From a virus (Duplodnaviria > Caudoviricetes): 32,592 bases of DNA. The stretch is from IMG/VR virus record IMGVR_UViG_3300020044_006431, positions 1 through 32,592 of that record; one strand, written 5' to 3'. Within the stretch, counting starts at the first letter, position 1, and each line of letters begins with the position of its first letter. The notes under the pieces are model-generated. The model was not told where the DNA came from and made no database searches. It saw only the letters and a list, made by a program, of their open reading frames with translations. Of the stretch, positions 8,317 through 17,290 are shown piece by piece. Both the position numbers and the translations under genes were made by a program.

Positions 8317-8645
8317 AAGGTTATACCAAACAAAAATTAACTTTTACAAAAATTGAACTTATCCAGCAGCTCACAAATTGGAACTGTAACCTAACCGATT
8401 TATTCGACGAAGATAAAATCGATATTGGAATTAAAGCACTCGCATTTAATAAACTCGGAATCGATTTTTTATTTAACTCAGATCAGGAATTTAAAAAAAT
8501 ATCGGACCGAATACACATTGAAATAAATTACTTTTTTTGCAACGGAAACCCTGAAAGCGAACTAATTAATTTCGATTATTGCGAAGTCGAAATAGAAGTT
8601 TTCCCCGAAGAAAATTATTTAATTCGCGCTGCAATCGAAAATTAA
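8313..8645 (+). CDS. Hypothetical protein
   Basis: Last ORF of the replication cluster. Confidence 0.65.
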   Translation: MKGYTKQKLTFTKIELIQQLTNWNCNLTDLFDEDKIDIGIKALAFNKLGIDFLFNSDQEFKKISDRIHIEINYFFCNGNPESELINFDYCEVEIEVFPEENYLIRAAIEN

Positions 8646-8647
8646 AT

Positions 8648-8655
8648 TATCTTTG
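8648..8655 (+). promoter_or_regulatory. Bacteroidota -7 promoter box for candidate sRNA
   Basis: TATCTTTG, identical to the boxes at 1614 and 31572. Confidence 0.6.
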
Positions 8656-8659
8656 TTTC

Positions 8660-8734
8660 GAGGTTTTGAATGAGCGTGTAAGGGGTTACACTTAGTTTTG
8701 AAAAGCCGGGCGTTAATTCGTTCGGCTTTTTTTA
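8660..8734 (+). ncRNA. Candidate trans-acting small RNA (GGGG-loop hairpin plus terminator)
   Basis: Lies between the -7 box and an intrinsic terminator with no plausible ORF; GTGTAA-GGGG-TTACAC hairpin at 8676-8691; complementary to AACCCC(T) motifs before early genes. Confidence 0.6.
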
Positions 8735-8736
8735 TT
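8701..8736 (+). terminator. Intrinsic terminator
   Basis: AAAAGCCGGGCG-TTAATT-CGTTCGGCTTTT followed by TTTATT. Confidence 0.85.
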
Positions 8737-8744
8737 TAACTTTG
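8737..8744 (+). promoter_or_regulatory. -7 promoter box for packaging/tail operon (possibly leaderless)
   Basis: TAACTTTG directly after the terminator and 5 nt before ATG 8750. Confidence 0.5.
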
Positions 8745-8749
8745 TTCAA

Positions 8750-9940
8750 ATGATTGAAACAAAACTTTATAAAATTTCGGATATTAAACCGAACCCAAAC
8801 AACCCCCGAATAATAAAAGACGATAAATTTTTAAAGCTGGTTAATTCAATTAAGGAATTTCCCGAAATGCTTAAAATTCGCCCGATTGTTATTAATGAGG
8901 ATAATATAGTTCTTGGGGGGAATATGCGATTAAAGGCGTGCAAAGAAGCTAAACTAAAAGAAATTCCCGTTATAATGGCAAGCGATCTAACCGAAGCCCA
9001 GCAACGCGAATTTATTATTAAAGATAATATTGGATTTGGCGAATGGGACTTTCAGGACCTTGCGCAAAATTGGAACGCCGAAGAACTCGAAACGTGGGGT
9101 TTGGATTTACCCGAAATAGAAATAAATAATTTAGAAGCAGTTGAGGACGATTTCGAAGTTCCTGAAAATGGAATTGAAACCGATATTGTTTTGGGCGACT
9201 TATTCGAAATAGGCGAACACCGTTTAATGTGCGGGGATTCTACGGATTCGGATTCGGTAGCTAAATTGATGAATGGGGAAAAAGCCGATATAACATTTTC
9301 TTCGCCGCCTTATAATGTTGGAAAAACTCCAAACGGAAATGATAAAAAATATTTGAATGATACTGATGATAAAACTAATAATGAATATGTTATTTTATTA
9401 GATGATTATTCTAAAAATGCTTTATTATTTTCTGATTATTTATTTTCTAATATTCAAAGTTTATCGGGAAATAAAATAGCATTAATAGAGCATTTATATA
9501 ATTTAAAAAATGTTTATGCCGATGTTATGATATGGGATAAACAAAATGCAGAACCAGCAATGGCAAGAAAAGTTTTAAATTCAAGATTTGAATATGTTTA
9601 TATTTTTTCAAATGAAGCAAAAAGAAGCATAGGTAAAAAAGATTTTAGAGGCACAATAGATAATATATTTTCTTTAAATTCAAGGCAAGGAAAAGATTTT
9701 GCAAAGATTCATAAGGCAACATTTCCTATTCAATTGCCTTCTTTTTTTATTGAAAATTTTACAGAGAATTCAATTTTAGATTTATTTTTAGGAACAGGAA
9801 CCACAATGGTAGCCGCCCATCAATTAAAAAGAAAATGTTTTGGTATGGAATTGGACCCGAAATATTGTCAAGTTATAATCGATCGAATGAAAAAATTAGA
9901 ACCTGAAATTGTTATAAAGCGTAACGGAATTGTTATTTAA
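8750..9940 (+). CDS. ParB-like domain fused to N4-C/N6-A DNA methyltransferase (beta class)
   Basis: IKPNPNNPR...LGGNMRLKAC (ParB/Srx); HRLMCGDS, SPPY, HKATFP, LDLFLGTGTT, GMELDPKYC. Confidence 0.9.
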   Translation: MIETKLYKISDIKPNPNNPRIIKDDKFLKLVNSIKEFPEMLKIRPIVINEDNIVLGGNMRLKACKEAKLKEIPVIMASDLTEAQQREFIIKDNIGFGEWDFQDLAQNWNAEELETWGLDLPEIEINNLEAVEDDFEVPENGIETDIVLGDLFEIGEHRLMCGDSTDSDSVAKLMNGEKADITFSSPPYNVGKTPNGNDKKYLNDTDDKTNNEYVILLDDYSKNALLFSDYLFSNIQSLSGNKIALIEHLYNLKNVYADVMIWDKQNAEPAMARKVLNSRFEYVYIFSNEAKRSIGKKDFRGTIDNIFSLNSRQGKDFAKIHKATFPIQLPSFFIENFTENSILDLFLGTGTTMVAAHQLKRKCFGMELDPKYCQVIIDRMKKLEPEIVIKRNGIVI

Positions 9941-9962
9941 CAAAACGTGAAAAAAACGAGAT

Positions 9963-10307
9963 ATGGCAAATAAATTAGATAATCTAAAAAAGTTTAGTTC
10001 GGAATACCAACCCGAAAAAAACGGACGCCCGAAAGGAAGCCGCAACAGGGCGACAATAGTTCGCGAATGGCTGGAGGTCGAACAGGAAATAAAAAACCCG
10101 ATTACGGGCGTAACTGAAAAATTAGAGCAACAAGATATAATTACACTTGCTCAAATTAAAAAAGCGCGGGAAGGCGACACCGCCGCGTTTAAGGAGTTAA
10201 TGGATTCCGCACACGGGAAAGCCGTTCAAAGTTTTGAACATTCAGGAAAAGACGGGGAACCATTACGCGTTATATTTCAAAATATGAATGAAAGCCCTGA
10301 ACGTTAA
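9963..10307 (+). CDS. terS: Terminase small subunit
   Basis: NGRPKGSRN motif, KAREGD..AFKELMD..HGK, EHSGKDGEPL tail; directly upstream of the large subunit. Confidence 0.75.
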   Translation: MANKLDNLKKFSSEYQPEKNGRPKGSRNRATIVREWLEVEQEIKNPITGVTEKLEQQDIITLAQIKKAREGDTAAFKELMDSAHGKAVQSFEHSGKDGEPLRVIFQNMNESPER

Positions 10308-11514
10308 TTCCGCTTACGTCGATTTGTATAGGGCAAAGAAACGATATAAGCACCTTTTCGGCGGTCGCGGGGCTGGAAGGTCATTCGAGGTCGCGCAATA
10401 CGCTATAACGAAGTTATACAGCCCCGAATATTTTAGAGGTATTTTAGCCCGTCAACATTTCGCGGATATTCGCGGGTCCAGCTTTCAGCAAATAATAGAT
10501 ATAATCGAAGAAAAAGAACTTCAAAGCGATTTTCACATTTTAGAAAATACGATGCAAATTACCCATTTAAAAACGGGGAATCGAATATTTGCAAAAGGGT
10601 TTCGGGCGGCTTCGGGAAATTCAACGGCTAAAATGAAATCGATTACGGAAGCAACGTTTGTTTGGATTGAAGAAGCGGACGAAGTAAGCAAGGACGATTT
10701 CGATAAGCTCGATAAATCTTTGCGATCGATGAAAGGCGCTGAACTCGAAATAATTTTCACTTACAACACGGATAACGAAGATTGTTTTTTAAAATCCGAA
10801 TTCCACGATAAAGTTCGCCCCGAAGATACTTTGCTAATTCACGCTACCTATAAAGACAATTATAAAAACTTGCACCCCGATTACATTCGAGTTTTGGAGC
10901 GAATGATTAAGGACGATCCCGAAGCGGCGCGGTCCGATGTTTTCGGATTTTGGGGCGGCGGTAAACGGGGCAAGGTTTTCGAAAATTGGCAATCGGTGGA
11001 CGTTATGCCCGAAAATTTTAAAATGGAATGTTATGGGCTTGATTTCGGTTTCACTAACGATCCGAGCGCGCTTGTTCACATTCGACTTTCAGAGGGTGCA
11101 ATTTACATTCAGGAATTAATTTATGATTACGGTTTAACGAACCCCGAAATTTGCAAGCGAATGAGCGAAGCGGGAATAAAAAGAAACGATACAATCTTTG
11201 CGGATTCCGCCGAACCGAAATCAATAAAAGAAATATTAACCAGCGGCTTTAATATTCAAAGCACGGTTAAAGGTCCCGATTCAATTATTCAGGGAATCCA
11301 AAAAATAAAACAATACCCCGTTTATTTAGTTCGAAGCCCAAACATTCAAAAAGAAATAAAGAATTACATTTGGCAAACAGATAAACAAGGCAAAACAATT
11401 AATAAACCCGTAGATCGTTTCAACCACGCTTTAGACGCGATTCGTTACGGGGTTGTTGGTTTACTCGGAAAAAAAACAAAAGAATCAATTATTACAACAC
11501 CCGGAAAACGATAA
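10288..11514 (+). CDS. terL: Terminase large subunit, PBSX/Terminase_3 family
   Basis: GGRGAGRS P-loop, WIEEADE Walker B, GLDFGFTNDPSA, ADSAEPKSI, NHALDAIRY. Confidence 0.95.
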   Translation: MKALNVNSAYVDLYRAKKRYKHLFGGRGAGRSFEVAQYAITKLYSPEYFRGILARQHFADIRGSSFQQIIDIIEEKELQSDFHILENTMQITHLKTGNRIFAKGFRAASGNSTAKMKSITEATFVWIEEADEVSKDDFDKLDKSLRSMKGAELEIIFTYNTDNEDCFLKSEFHDKVRPEDTLLIHATYKDNYKNLHPDYIRVLERMIKDDPEAARSDVFGFWGGGKRGKVFENWQSVDVMPENFKMECYGLDFGFTNDPSALVHIRLSEGAIYIQELIYDYGLTNPEICKRMSEAGIKRNDTIFADSAEPKSIKEILTSGFNIQSTVKGPDSIIQGIQKIKQYPVYLVRSPNIQKEIKNYIWQTDKQGKTINKPVDRFNHALDAIRYGVVGLLGKKTKESIITTPGKR

Positions 11515-11523
11515 TAAAAATTT

Positions 11524-12195
11524 ATGAATTTACCTTTTGAAATTAACGGAAAAACTATTTTAATTGCGGGAAGCTGGGAAGATTTAACCGTAGGGCAAAC
11601 AATTGATTTACTCGAATGGGCGAACGGGGACGAAAAAGATTTAGTAACGCTTGCCGCGATTGTTTCCACGCTCGATAAATCTGAACTTTTAGATTATTCT
11701 TACGAGGTTATAACAAAAATTGCCGCACCCGCTTATAACTTCATTTTAGAAACGAAACTCGACAAAGACGAATGGGAATGCCCGAAAGAATTTAAGTGCG
11801 GGGAAAACGTTTATAAAACGTCAATCGATCCGGGTTTAATGAATTACGGTTGTATGGAAATATTCGAAAAAACAATTTCAAACGAAAAAACAAACTTTTG
11901 CGAAAAAATACCTTTGATGCTTGCTTCAATGATTTACAAAGGTAAGTTTAAAAACCGCGAAATCGAAGCCCGAAAAGAAATCGAAGATATCGCAAACAAT
12001 GAAGTAATGAATATGCCTGTTTATATTGCTTATCCTGTTTCCGCTTTTTTTTTGAACAAATTGCAGATTTCAGTACAAAAGCAGCGGGAACAAATGAAGG
12101 TTATTCCGAACTCGAAACCCGCGCTGGAATTAAAGAGCTGGAAAAGTTTGGTAAGTTCGGCACGGTTTATTCGCTTTCAGAAGGCGATCCGTTGA
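11524..12195 (+). CDS. Putative tail assembly chaperone (0-frame product)
   Basis: SW.DLTVGQ N-terminus; T9 slippery run at the SAFF codons. Confidence 0.55.
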   Translation: MNLPFEINGKTILIAGSWEDLTVGQTIDLLEWANGDEKDLVTLAAIVSTLDKSELLDYSYEVITKIAAPAYNFILETKLDKDEWECPKEFKCGENVYKTSIDPGLMNYGCMEIFEKTISNEKTNFCEKIPLMLASMIYKGKFKNREIEARKEIEDIANNEVMNMPVYIAYPVSAFFLNKLQISVQKQREQMKVIPNSKPALELKSWKSLVSSARFIRFQKAIR

Positions 12196-12329
12196 AATTT
12201 AGCGCGGTTTTAGATTTGTCAATGTATGAAGTTAATTTAACTTTTAAAATGCGAACCGAATTAAGAAAGTTTAACCAGCGTTACGAAAAAATTGTAATGC
12301 AAGAACACGAAAGAAAACATAAAAAATAA
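12045..12329 (+). CDS. -1 frameshift extension of the 11524 gene (fusion about 268 aa)
   Basis: T9 at 12045-12053; the -1 frame is open from 12054 to TAA 12327-12329 (EQIADF...FGKFGTVYSLSEGDPLKFSAVLDLSMYEV...) and ends 2 nt before the next ATG. Confidence 0.75.
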   Translation, partial: FFFEQIADFSTKAAGTNEGYSELETRAGIKELEKFGKFGTVYSLSEGDPLKFSAVLDLSMYEVNLTFKMRTELRKFNQRYEKIVMQEHERKHKK

Positions 12330-12331
12330 TT

Positions 12332-13060
12332 ATGAGAATAGTTGAGATTTTAAAAAGTTGTTCAAACCCGATAATGGGCGCGGGCTTGTTTTACTCGGGT
12401 CCAAAGTGGCTTCAAAACGTTCAAGCCGATAATGTTTCTTTGCCGTGCGTTTTTATGGACCAGCCGATAGATTTTAAATTTCTTCGGGTTTCAAAGTTTG
12501 CACAAATTAACGAACAGTATTCCCCGATCATTTTATTTTGCGATAAGTCGCAACCTGAATTCACACAGGACCAACATAACGAAATAATTGAAACGCGGCG
12601 TTTAATTGCTTATCAATTCGTTACTAATTTAATTTCTCACCCCGACGTTGTAGAGGTAAGCGATGTTTCGTTAAATGATGTTTTTAATTTTTTAGACCAA
12701 AATTTAACGGGCGTTGTTTTGCAATTTCAAATTAAATTAAAACACGAAGAAGCGATTTGCCCACAAACGCCGTTTTACTTTTCGAATCCTGTAATTAATT
12801 CAATAGTCGATAATTCAATTTATCAATATCAAACTAAAACAATTTCTATTTTCGGTAGCGGTTTTATTGACGGTGCAACGATTGAAATAAACGGAACATT
12901 AATTACAATTAATTCAACTGAATTTATTTCCGATACTGAAATTCAAATAAACATAACGGTAAGCGGAACGGCTTTAATCGGGACGCGATCAATAACTATT
13001 ACAAACCCCGATTCAATGCAATTTACTTTTGAAAATTGTTTAACGATTTTATTAGATTGA
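12332..13060 (+). CDS. Putative tail completion/terminator protein with C-terminal IPT/TIG Ig-like domain
   Basis: N-terminal domain ending F.DQNLTGV.L.F; C-terminal PVINSI...ISIFGSGF..GAT...FISDTEI...ITITNPD. Confidence 0.6.
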   Translation: MRIVEILKSCSNPIMGAGLFYSGPKWLQNVQADNVSLPCVFMDQPIDFKFLRVSKFAQINEQYSPIILFCDKSQPEFTQDQHNEIIETRRLIAYQFVTNLISHPDVVEVSDVSLNDVFNFLDQNLTGVVLQFQIKLKHEEAICPQTPFYFSNPVINSIVDNSIYQYQTKTISIFGSGFIDGATIEINGTLITINSTEFISDTEIQINITVSGTALIGTRSITITNPDSMQFTFENCLTILLD

Positions 13061-13061
13061 A

Positions 13062-13550
13062 ATGAGTTTATCGCTGGACAAAAAAACGATTGAGGAATTC
13101 GATAAAAAGTTAATTTCCGATTTGCGTAAAAGTTTGGACGCTGCGGGAACGACGGCAAGCGGTAAAACGAAAGAAAGTTTGAATTCAGTAATTTCAATCG
13201 GATCGTATAAACTTTTCGGGCGCGCTTTTATTTACGGTTTAGAATACGGGCGAAAGAAAACCACGGGCGGCGGGAATGGAAGTTTAAAAGGAATTATTTT
13301 AAAATGGATAAATGACAAAGGGATAATTCCACGCGATAAAATTTCGAAAAATACTTTAGCTTTTTTGATCGCTCGAAAAATTCATAGACAAGGGGATTTA
13401 TTGCACAGGACGGGAACAAATTTCAAGGGAATGAATAAGCCGACAGGAATAATAAATTCAGTTATCAATGACGGGAGAATAAACGAATTAAGCAAAAGAT
13501 TAATTTTGGATTTTGTTAAAAGTGCTAAACAGGAAATATGGCAACAGTAA
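13062..13550 (+). CDS. Putative neck/tail completion protein
   Basis: Basic protein with ASGKT..SL, LEYGRK, I.KWI..KGI, LAFLIARKI...G. Confidence 0.55.
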   Translation: MSLSLDKKTIEEFDKKLISDLRKSLDAAGTTASGKTKESLNSVISIGSYKLFGRAFIYGLEYGRKKTTGGGNGSLKGIILKWINDKGIIPRDKISKNTLAFLIARKIHRQGDLLHRTGTNFKGMNKPTGIINSVINDGRINELSKRLILDFVKSAKQEIWQQ

Positions 13551-15250
13551 TAACACAAAACATTAATTCGGTATTAGAACAGACAGGCGTTCAAACCGTA
13601 GCAAATTTTGTTCGAAGTACGTTTAATAATACTTTTTACCAGTTTGAAACTCCGGGTAGTTGGGATTTAGACGTAGGCGATAAAATTATTCTTTTGTTTT
13701 CTGAAACAATAGAAGTCGAATGCGAAATAATTAATATAAACGGAACTGCTTACACAATTGATACTTTTTTTTATTTATCAGTTATACCAACTTTTACTCG
13801 CTTTATTGTTTTGCCGCCTAGTACAATTAGTGTAAGCGTTAATGTTAATGTTGTTGCGGCTTTTAATCCCGTTGTAATTGAAATGCAGCGAACGGATTTT
13901 ACTTATCAAATAGATATTGATGTTGAAACAGAACAATATGCTTTTGATGCGGGAGCTGAAGCAAATCAATTTGTCGCAAATACTTATATTCAAATAATTG
14001 AATGGAATGATATTCCGAATTATTATCCGCGAATTTTAATATCTTCGGTAATTGGATCGATTGTTTATTTAGATTTAGATTTTATACCGGGATTAAATCC
14101 AACAACAATAAGTTTTAATTTGGAATCCCGATTAAACTTTTATGCAGTTTTAAGAATTACTGAAAACCGCACGAATTCAATTTATCGGGATTTACGTTTT
14201 ACCCCGAATCAATACGGTTTTATTCGCGCTGAAATTTCAGGAGCTTTGCGAAGTTTTTTAAATTTGAATTACACGGAACCCGAAATTGAAAATGAAATTT
14301 TAACAAATGAATTTAATTTATCTACGGGCTTTTATTTTTCTATTTTAGAAATGTGGATCGGAAGCTCGAATAGTTTTCCAGCGGGCGGGGCGGTTAAATA
14401 TTGCATTGCAGGAGCGTTTCAAATTGGGGACCCTAATAACGGTTATTATAATAAATATTTCGGGAATACTTACGGAAACGCTTTTTTCCCTGAATTGATG
14501 CCGCAATGGTTAACACAATTTGAACAACCCGTTTATTTTTACGGCTTTCCTTTTACGCTTTCTTTTTTATCTAATTCAACAATGAATTATGGATATGAAG
14601 ATTATTTTGCGCGCGTTAAATTTATTAAAGCGGACGGCACGATTGACGATTACGATTCGCCAACATTTGTTTTAAATGATTTTATTTCATTATCAAAATT
14701 AAATATTGCGGAATTATTATTAAGTCCATTGGAAAGTGGATTAGAAGAAAGAACTAAAACAATTTTATTTAGATTTGGGCGCGTTGAATACGACAATTTT
14801 TTGGATGCTTTTGCGCCTATTACATTTACCTTTAAACGCGCTTTAGAACAATCCTGTAACACTTTTTACGTGCGGTGGCTTAATACCTTAGGCGGTTGGG
14901 ATTATTGGTTATTTGAAAACAAAATTTACGAAGCGTTAAAAGTTGATAACGGAAATAATTACGAAAGTTATTTTGATGAAATTTCAAGTATTTCAGATTT
15001 CGAAAATGTAACTTTTAAAAATGTTTCGCCCGCGGTGCAAGTTGGTTCCAGCACGGTAACGAAAAACGAAGCCGAAGGATTGAAAATATTAGCAACGTCC
15101 CCGAAAGTTTATTGGTATAACGAAGAAATTTCGAAATGGATCGGGGTAATAGTTCAACCCGGAACATTTAACATTCGTTCCACGAAAGACGATTATTTCA
15201 GTATTGAATTAACTTTTGTTAAACCGAAATATTTTAATCAATTCGCTTAA
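13538..15250 (+). CDS. Minor tail / baseplate-region structural protein
   Basis: Beta-rich; C-terminal YVRWLN.LGGWDYWLF and L..SPKVY motifs; position in the tail module. Confidence 0.6.
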   Translation: MATVITQNINSVLEQTGVQTVANFVRSTFNNTFYQFETPGSWDLDVGDKIILLFSETIEVECEIININGTAYTIDTFFYLSVIPTFTRFIVLPPSTISVSVNVNVVAAFNPVVIEMQRTDFTYQIDIDVETEQYAFDAGAEANQFVANTYIQIIEWNDIPNYYPRILISSVIGSIVYLDLDFIPGLNPTTISFNLESRLNFYAVLRITENRTNSIYRDLRFTPNQYGFIRAEISGALRSFLNLNYTEPEIENEILTNEFNLSTGFYFSILEMWIGSSNSFPAGGAVKYCIAGAFQIGDPNNGYYNKYFGNTYGNAFFPELMPQWLTQFEQPVYFYGFPFTLSFLSNSTMNYGYEDYFARVKFIKADGTIDDYDSPTFVLNDFISLSKLNIAELLLSPLESGLEERTKTILFRFGRVEYDNFLDAFAPITFTFKRALEQSCNTFYVRWLNTLGGWDYWLFENKIYEALKVDNGNNYESYFDEISSISDFENVTFKNVSPAVQVGSSTVTKNEAEGLKILATSPKVYWYNEEISKWIGVIVQPGTFNIRSTKDDYFSIELTFVKPKYFNQFA

Positions 15251-17268
15251 TGAATCAAAATATTAAAATAGGCGACACGCCTTTGGATTTGGATTCGGGA
15301 ACGGTTATTTCGACCACGAAACGCGTTGCTAATATTGGAACGCTGGAACGTCAATCGAGTTTTACAAATAAGTTAAATTTACCTGCAACAGCAAATAATT
15401 TAGCCGCGATTGGAATGGTTCAGGGTAGCGACGATTCGACAAAGAAATACATTAAACAAAACGGTTCGGTTTTGGCAAACGGAATCGAAATAATGAACGC
15501 CGCGCAATTTAGTTTTGAAAGTTTAAGCGATCGAATCGAAGTTTTAATTAATTCAGATAACGCGGTATTTTTCGACTTAATTAAAAAAACATTTTTGCGT
15601 GAATTAGATATGAGCGCGCTAGATCATTTGTGGAGCAAAACCGAAATGATTAATTCAATCGGGAATACTTTTAACGACGGTTATATTTACGCTATTCACG
15701 ATTCAGGTTACCAAAGTCAATTTAACACTTCATTAAATTGTTTCGGAATTGTCCCGTCGGTTTTTGTAAAGTATTTATTTAATAAAATCGGTGAAACTTT
15801 CGGGTACACTTTCACGGGCGATATTTGGAATGAAAGTTATTTTGAAAAATTATTAATGCCTGTTATTGATTGCAAAACAGGAACGCGAAATTTAGAAGAA
15901 TTGCAATGTAAATTCGTTACGAATACCCCGCATTTTTTGCCATACGCTTTAAACCCTGTTATTTATCAATCATTCACTAGCGTTGAAAATATTAACGGCG
16001 GTGCTTTTGCTGATAAATGGAATGTAGATCCCGTTGGTTATATTTATTATTTTCATATTCCGGGTAATTATGCAATTTCATTAGATTATAATTTTAATAT
16101 TTCAAATCAATTTCAGCCGCCCTTATATTCTTATAATAATAATGTTATGATAAGAATTAAGGCGGTCCAAGTATTAGATAATATAACTACTACATTAGGG
16201 CAAACGGAATACGTTTTAGTCGACGTTGACGGGAATTTTAACGGAACATTGAATTTAAACGTAGTTATAGATTCTTTCGTTGAAAGAACATTAAACCCAA
16301 GCGGTATTCCATCCGAAACGAATCAAATTTATGTTTACGTGCAATATTATTTTTATTTTAATAATATTAATCCCGCAACATTTGAAATAAATAGTTTGAG
16401 CTTTAATATTGAGCAAATTACAAGCGCGCCCGTTTCTCATTACAACCGCCTTTATAATATACAGGAAAGTTTGCCAGCGTGGACGTGCGGAAAGTTTATA
16501 AAAGAAATTTCAAATTTGTTTGGTATAATTCCGATTGTAAATGAATTCGATAAAACAATTCGATTAATGTTATTTAATGAATTAAACGAAAATAAACCGA
16601 TTGCGAAAGATTGGCAAAGTAAAATTGATTTATCGAACGATCCTGTTTATACGTTTAAAGTTGACGGTTACGGGCAATTAAATAATTTCAATTATTTACC
16701 CGATGATACTTTTGGGTATTCAATTAATATTTTAAACGAAAGTTTGCCGAAAGAAATTGATTACATTAAAAGTGAATTTAATTACTCATTATTTTCGAAA
16801 ATATTAAATAAATCATTCAATACAATTTTTACGAATAATTACAACCCCGAAATAGTTTTAAGCACAAATGTTTTGTATAAAACTATGATGAAATTTAATA
16901 AAGCTCCTAGAATTGCTTTTTTATTTACTCAAAATACCGAAGTTATTTATTCAAGTTTTTTTGAATCGAATTCAACACAAAATACAAACATTCCGTTTTT
17001 AGGTTTTGAGGAACAAAGTTTACAGGATTTCAATTTAGAATGGGCGTATTTATACGAAACATTTTACCAAAGTTTATTTAATGGAATTACAAATAACATT
17101 TTAAAAATTGAATTGCAATTTCGATTAACTGAATTCGACATTCAGGATTTTGATTTTTCGATTCCTATTTATTTGGAAAATCCTTCGGGGTTTTATTACG
17201 TGCAAGAAATAAAAGATTTTACAAGTTCCAGCGAATCGACTTCGGTAGAATTATTAAGAATTGGATAA
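15250..17268 (+). CDS. Minor tail protein (tail tip/hub-like)
   Basis: LDL...SSFT..L.LPAT.NN N-terminus, DI..FDFS.PIYL C-terminus; precedes the tape measure. Confidence 0.6.
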   Translation: MNQNIKIGDTPLDLDSGTVISTTKRVANIGTLERQSSFTNKLNLPATANNLAAIGMVQGSDDSTKKYIKQNGSVLANGIEIMNAAQFSFESLSDRIEVLINSDNAVFFDLIKKTFLRELDMSALDHLWSKTEMINSIGNTFNDGYIYAIHDSGYQSQFNTSLNCFGIVPSVFVKYLFNKIGETFGYTFTGDIWNESYFEKLLMPVIDCKTGTRNLEELQCKFVTNTPHFLPYALNPVIYQSFTSVENINGGAFADKWNVDPVGYIYYFHIPGNYAISLDYNFNISNQFQPPLYSYNNNVMIRIKAVQVLDNITTTLGQTEYVLVDVDGNFNGTLNLNVVIDSFVERTLNPSGIPSETNQIYVYVQYYFYFNNINPATFEINSLSFNIEQITSAPVSHYNRLYNIQESLPAWTCGKFIKEISNLFGIIPIVNEFDKTIRLMLFNELNENKPIAKDWQSKIDLSNDPVYTFKVDGYGQLNNFNYLPDDTFGYSINILNESLPKEIDYIKSEFNYSLFSKILNKSFNTIFTNNYNPEIVLSTNVLYKTMMKFNKAPRIAFLFTQNTEVIYSSFFESNSTQNTNIPFLGFEEQSLQDFNLEWAYLYETFYQSLFNGITNNILKIELQFRLTEFDIQDFDFSIPIYLENPSGFYYVQEIKDFTSSSESTSVELLRIG

Positions 17269-17290
17269 TTAATTTTAAAAACTTTTTACA

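Noticed and set aside
10937-11119. Alternate-frame + ORF inside terL
   Set aside because: No initiation context or motif; fully nested in a conserved gene
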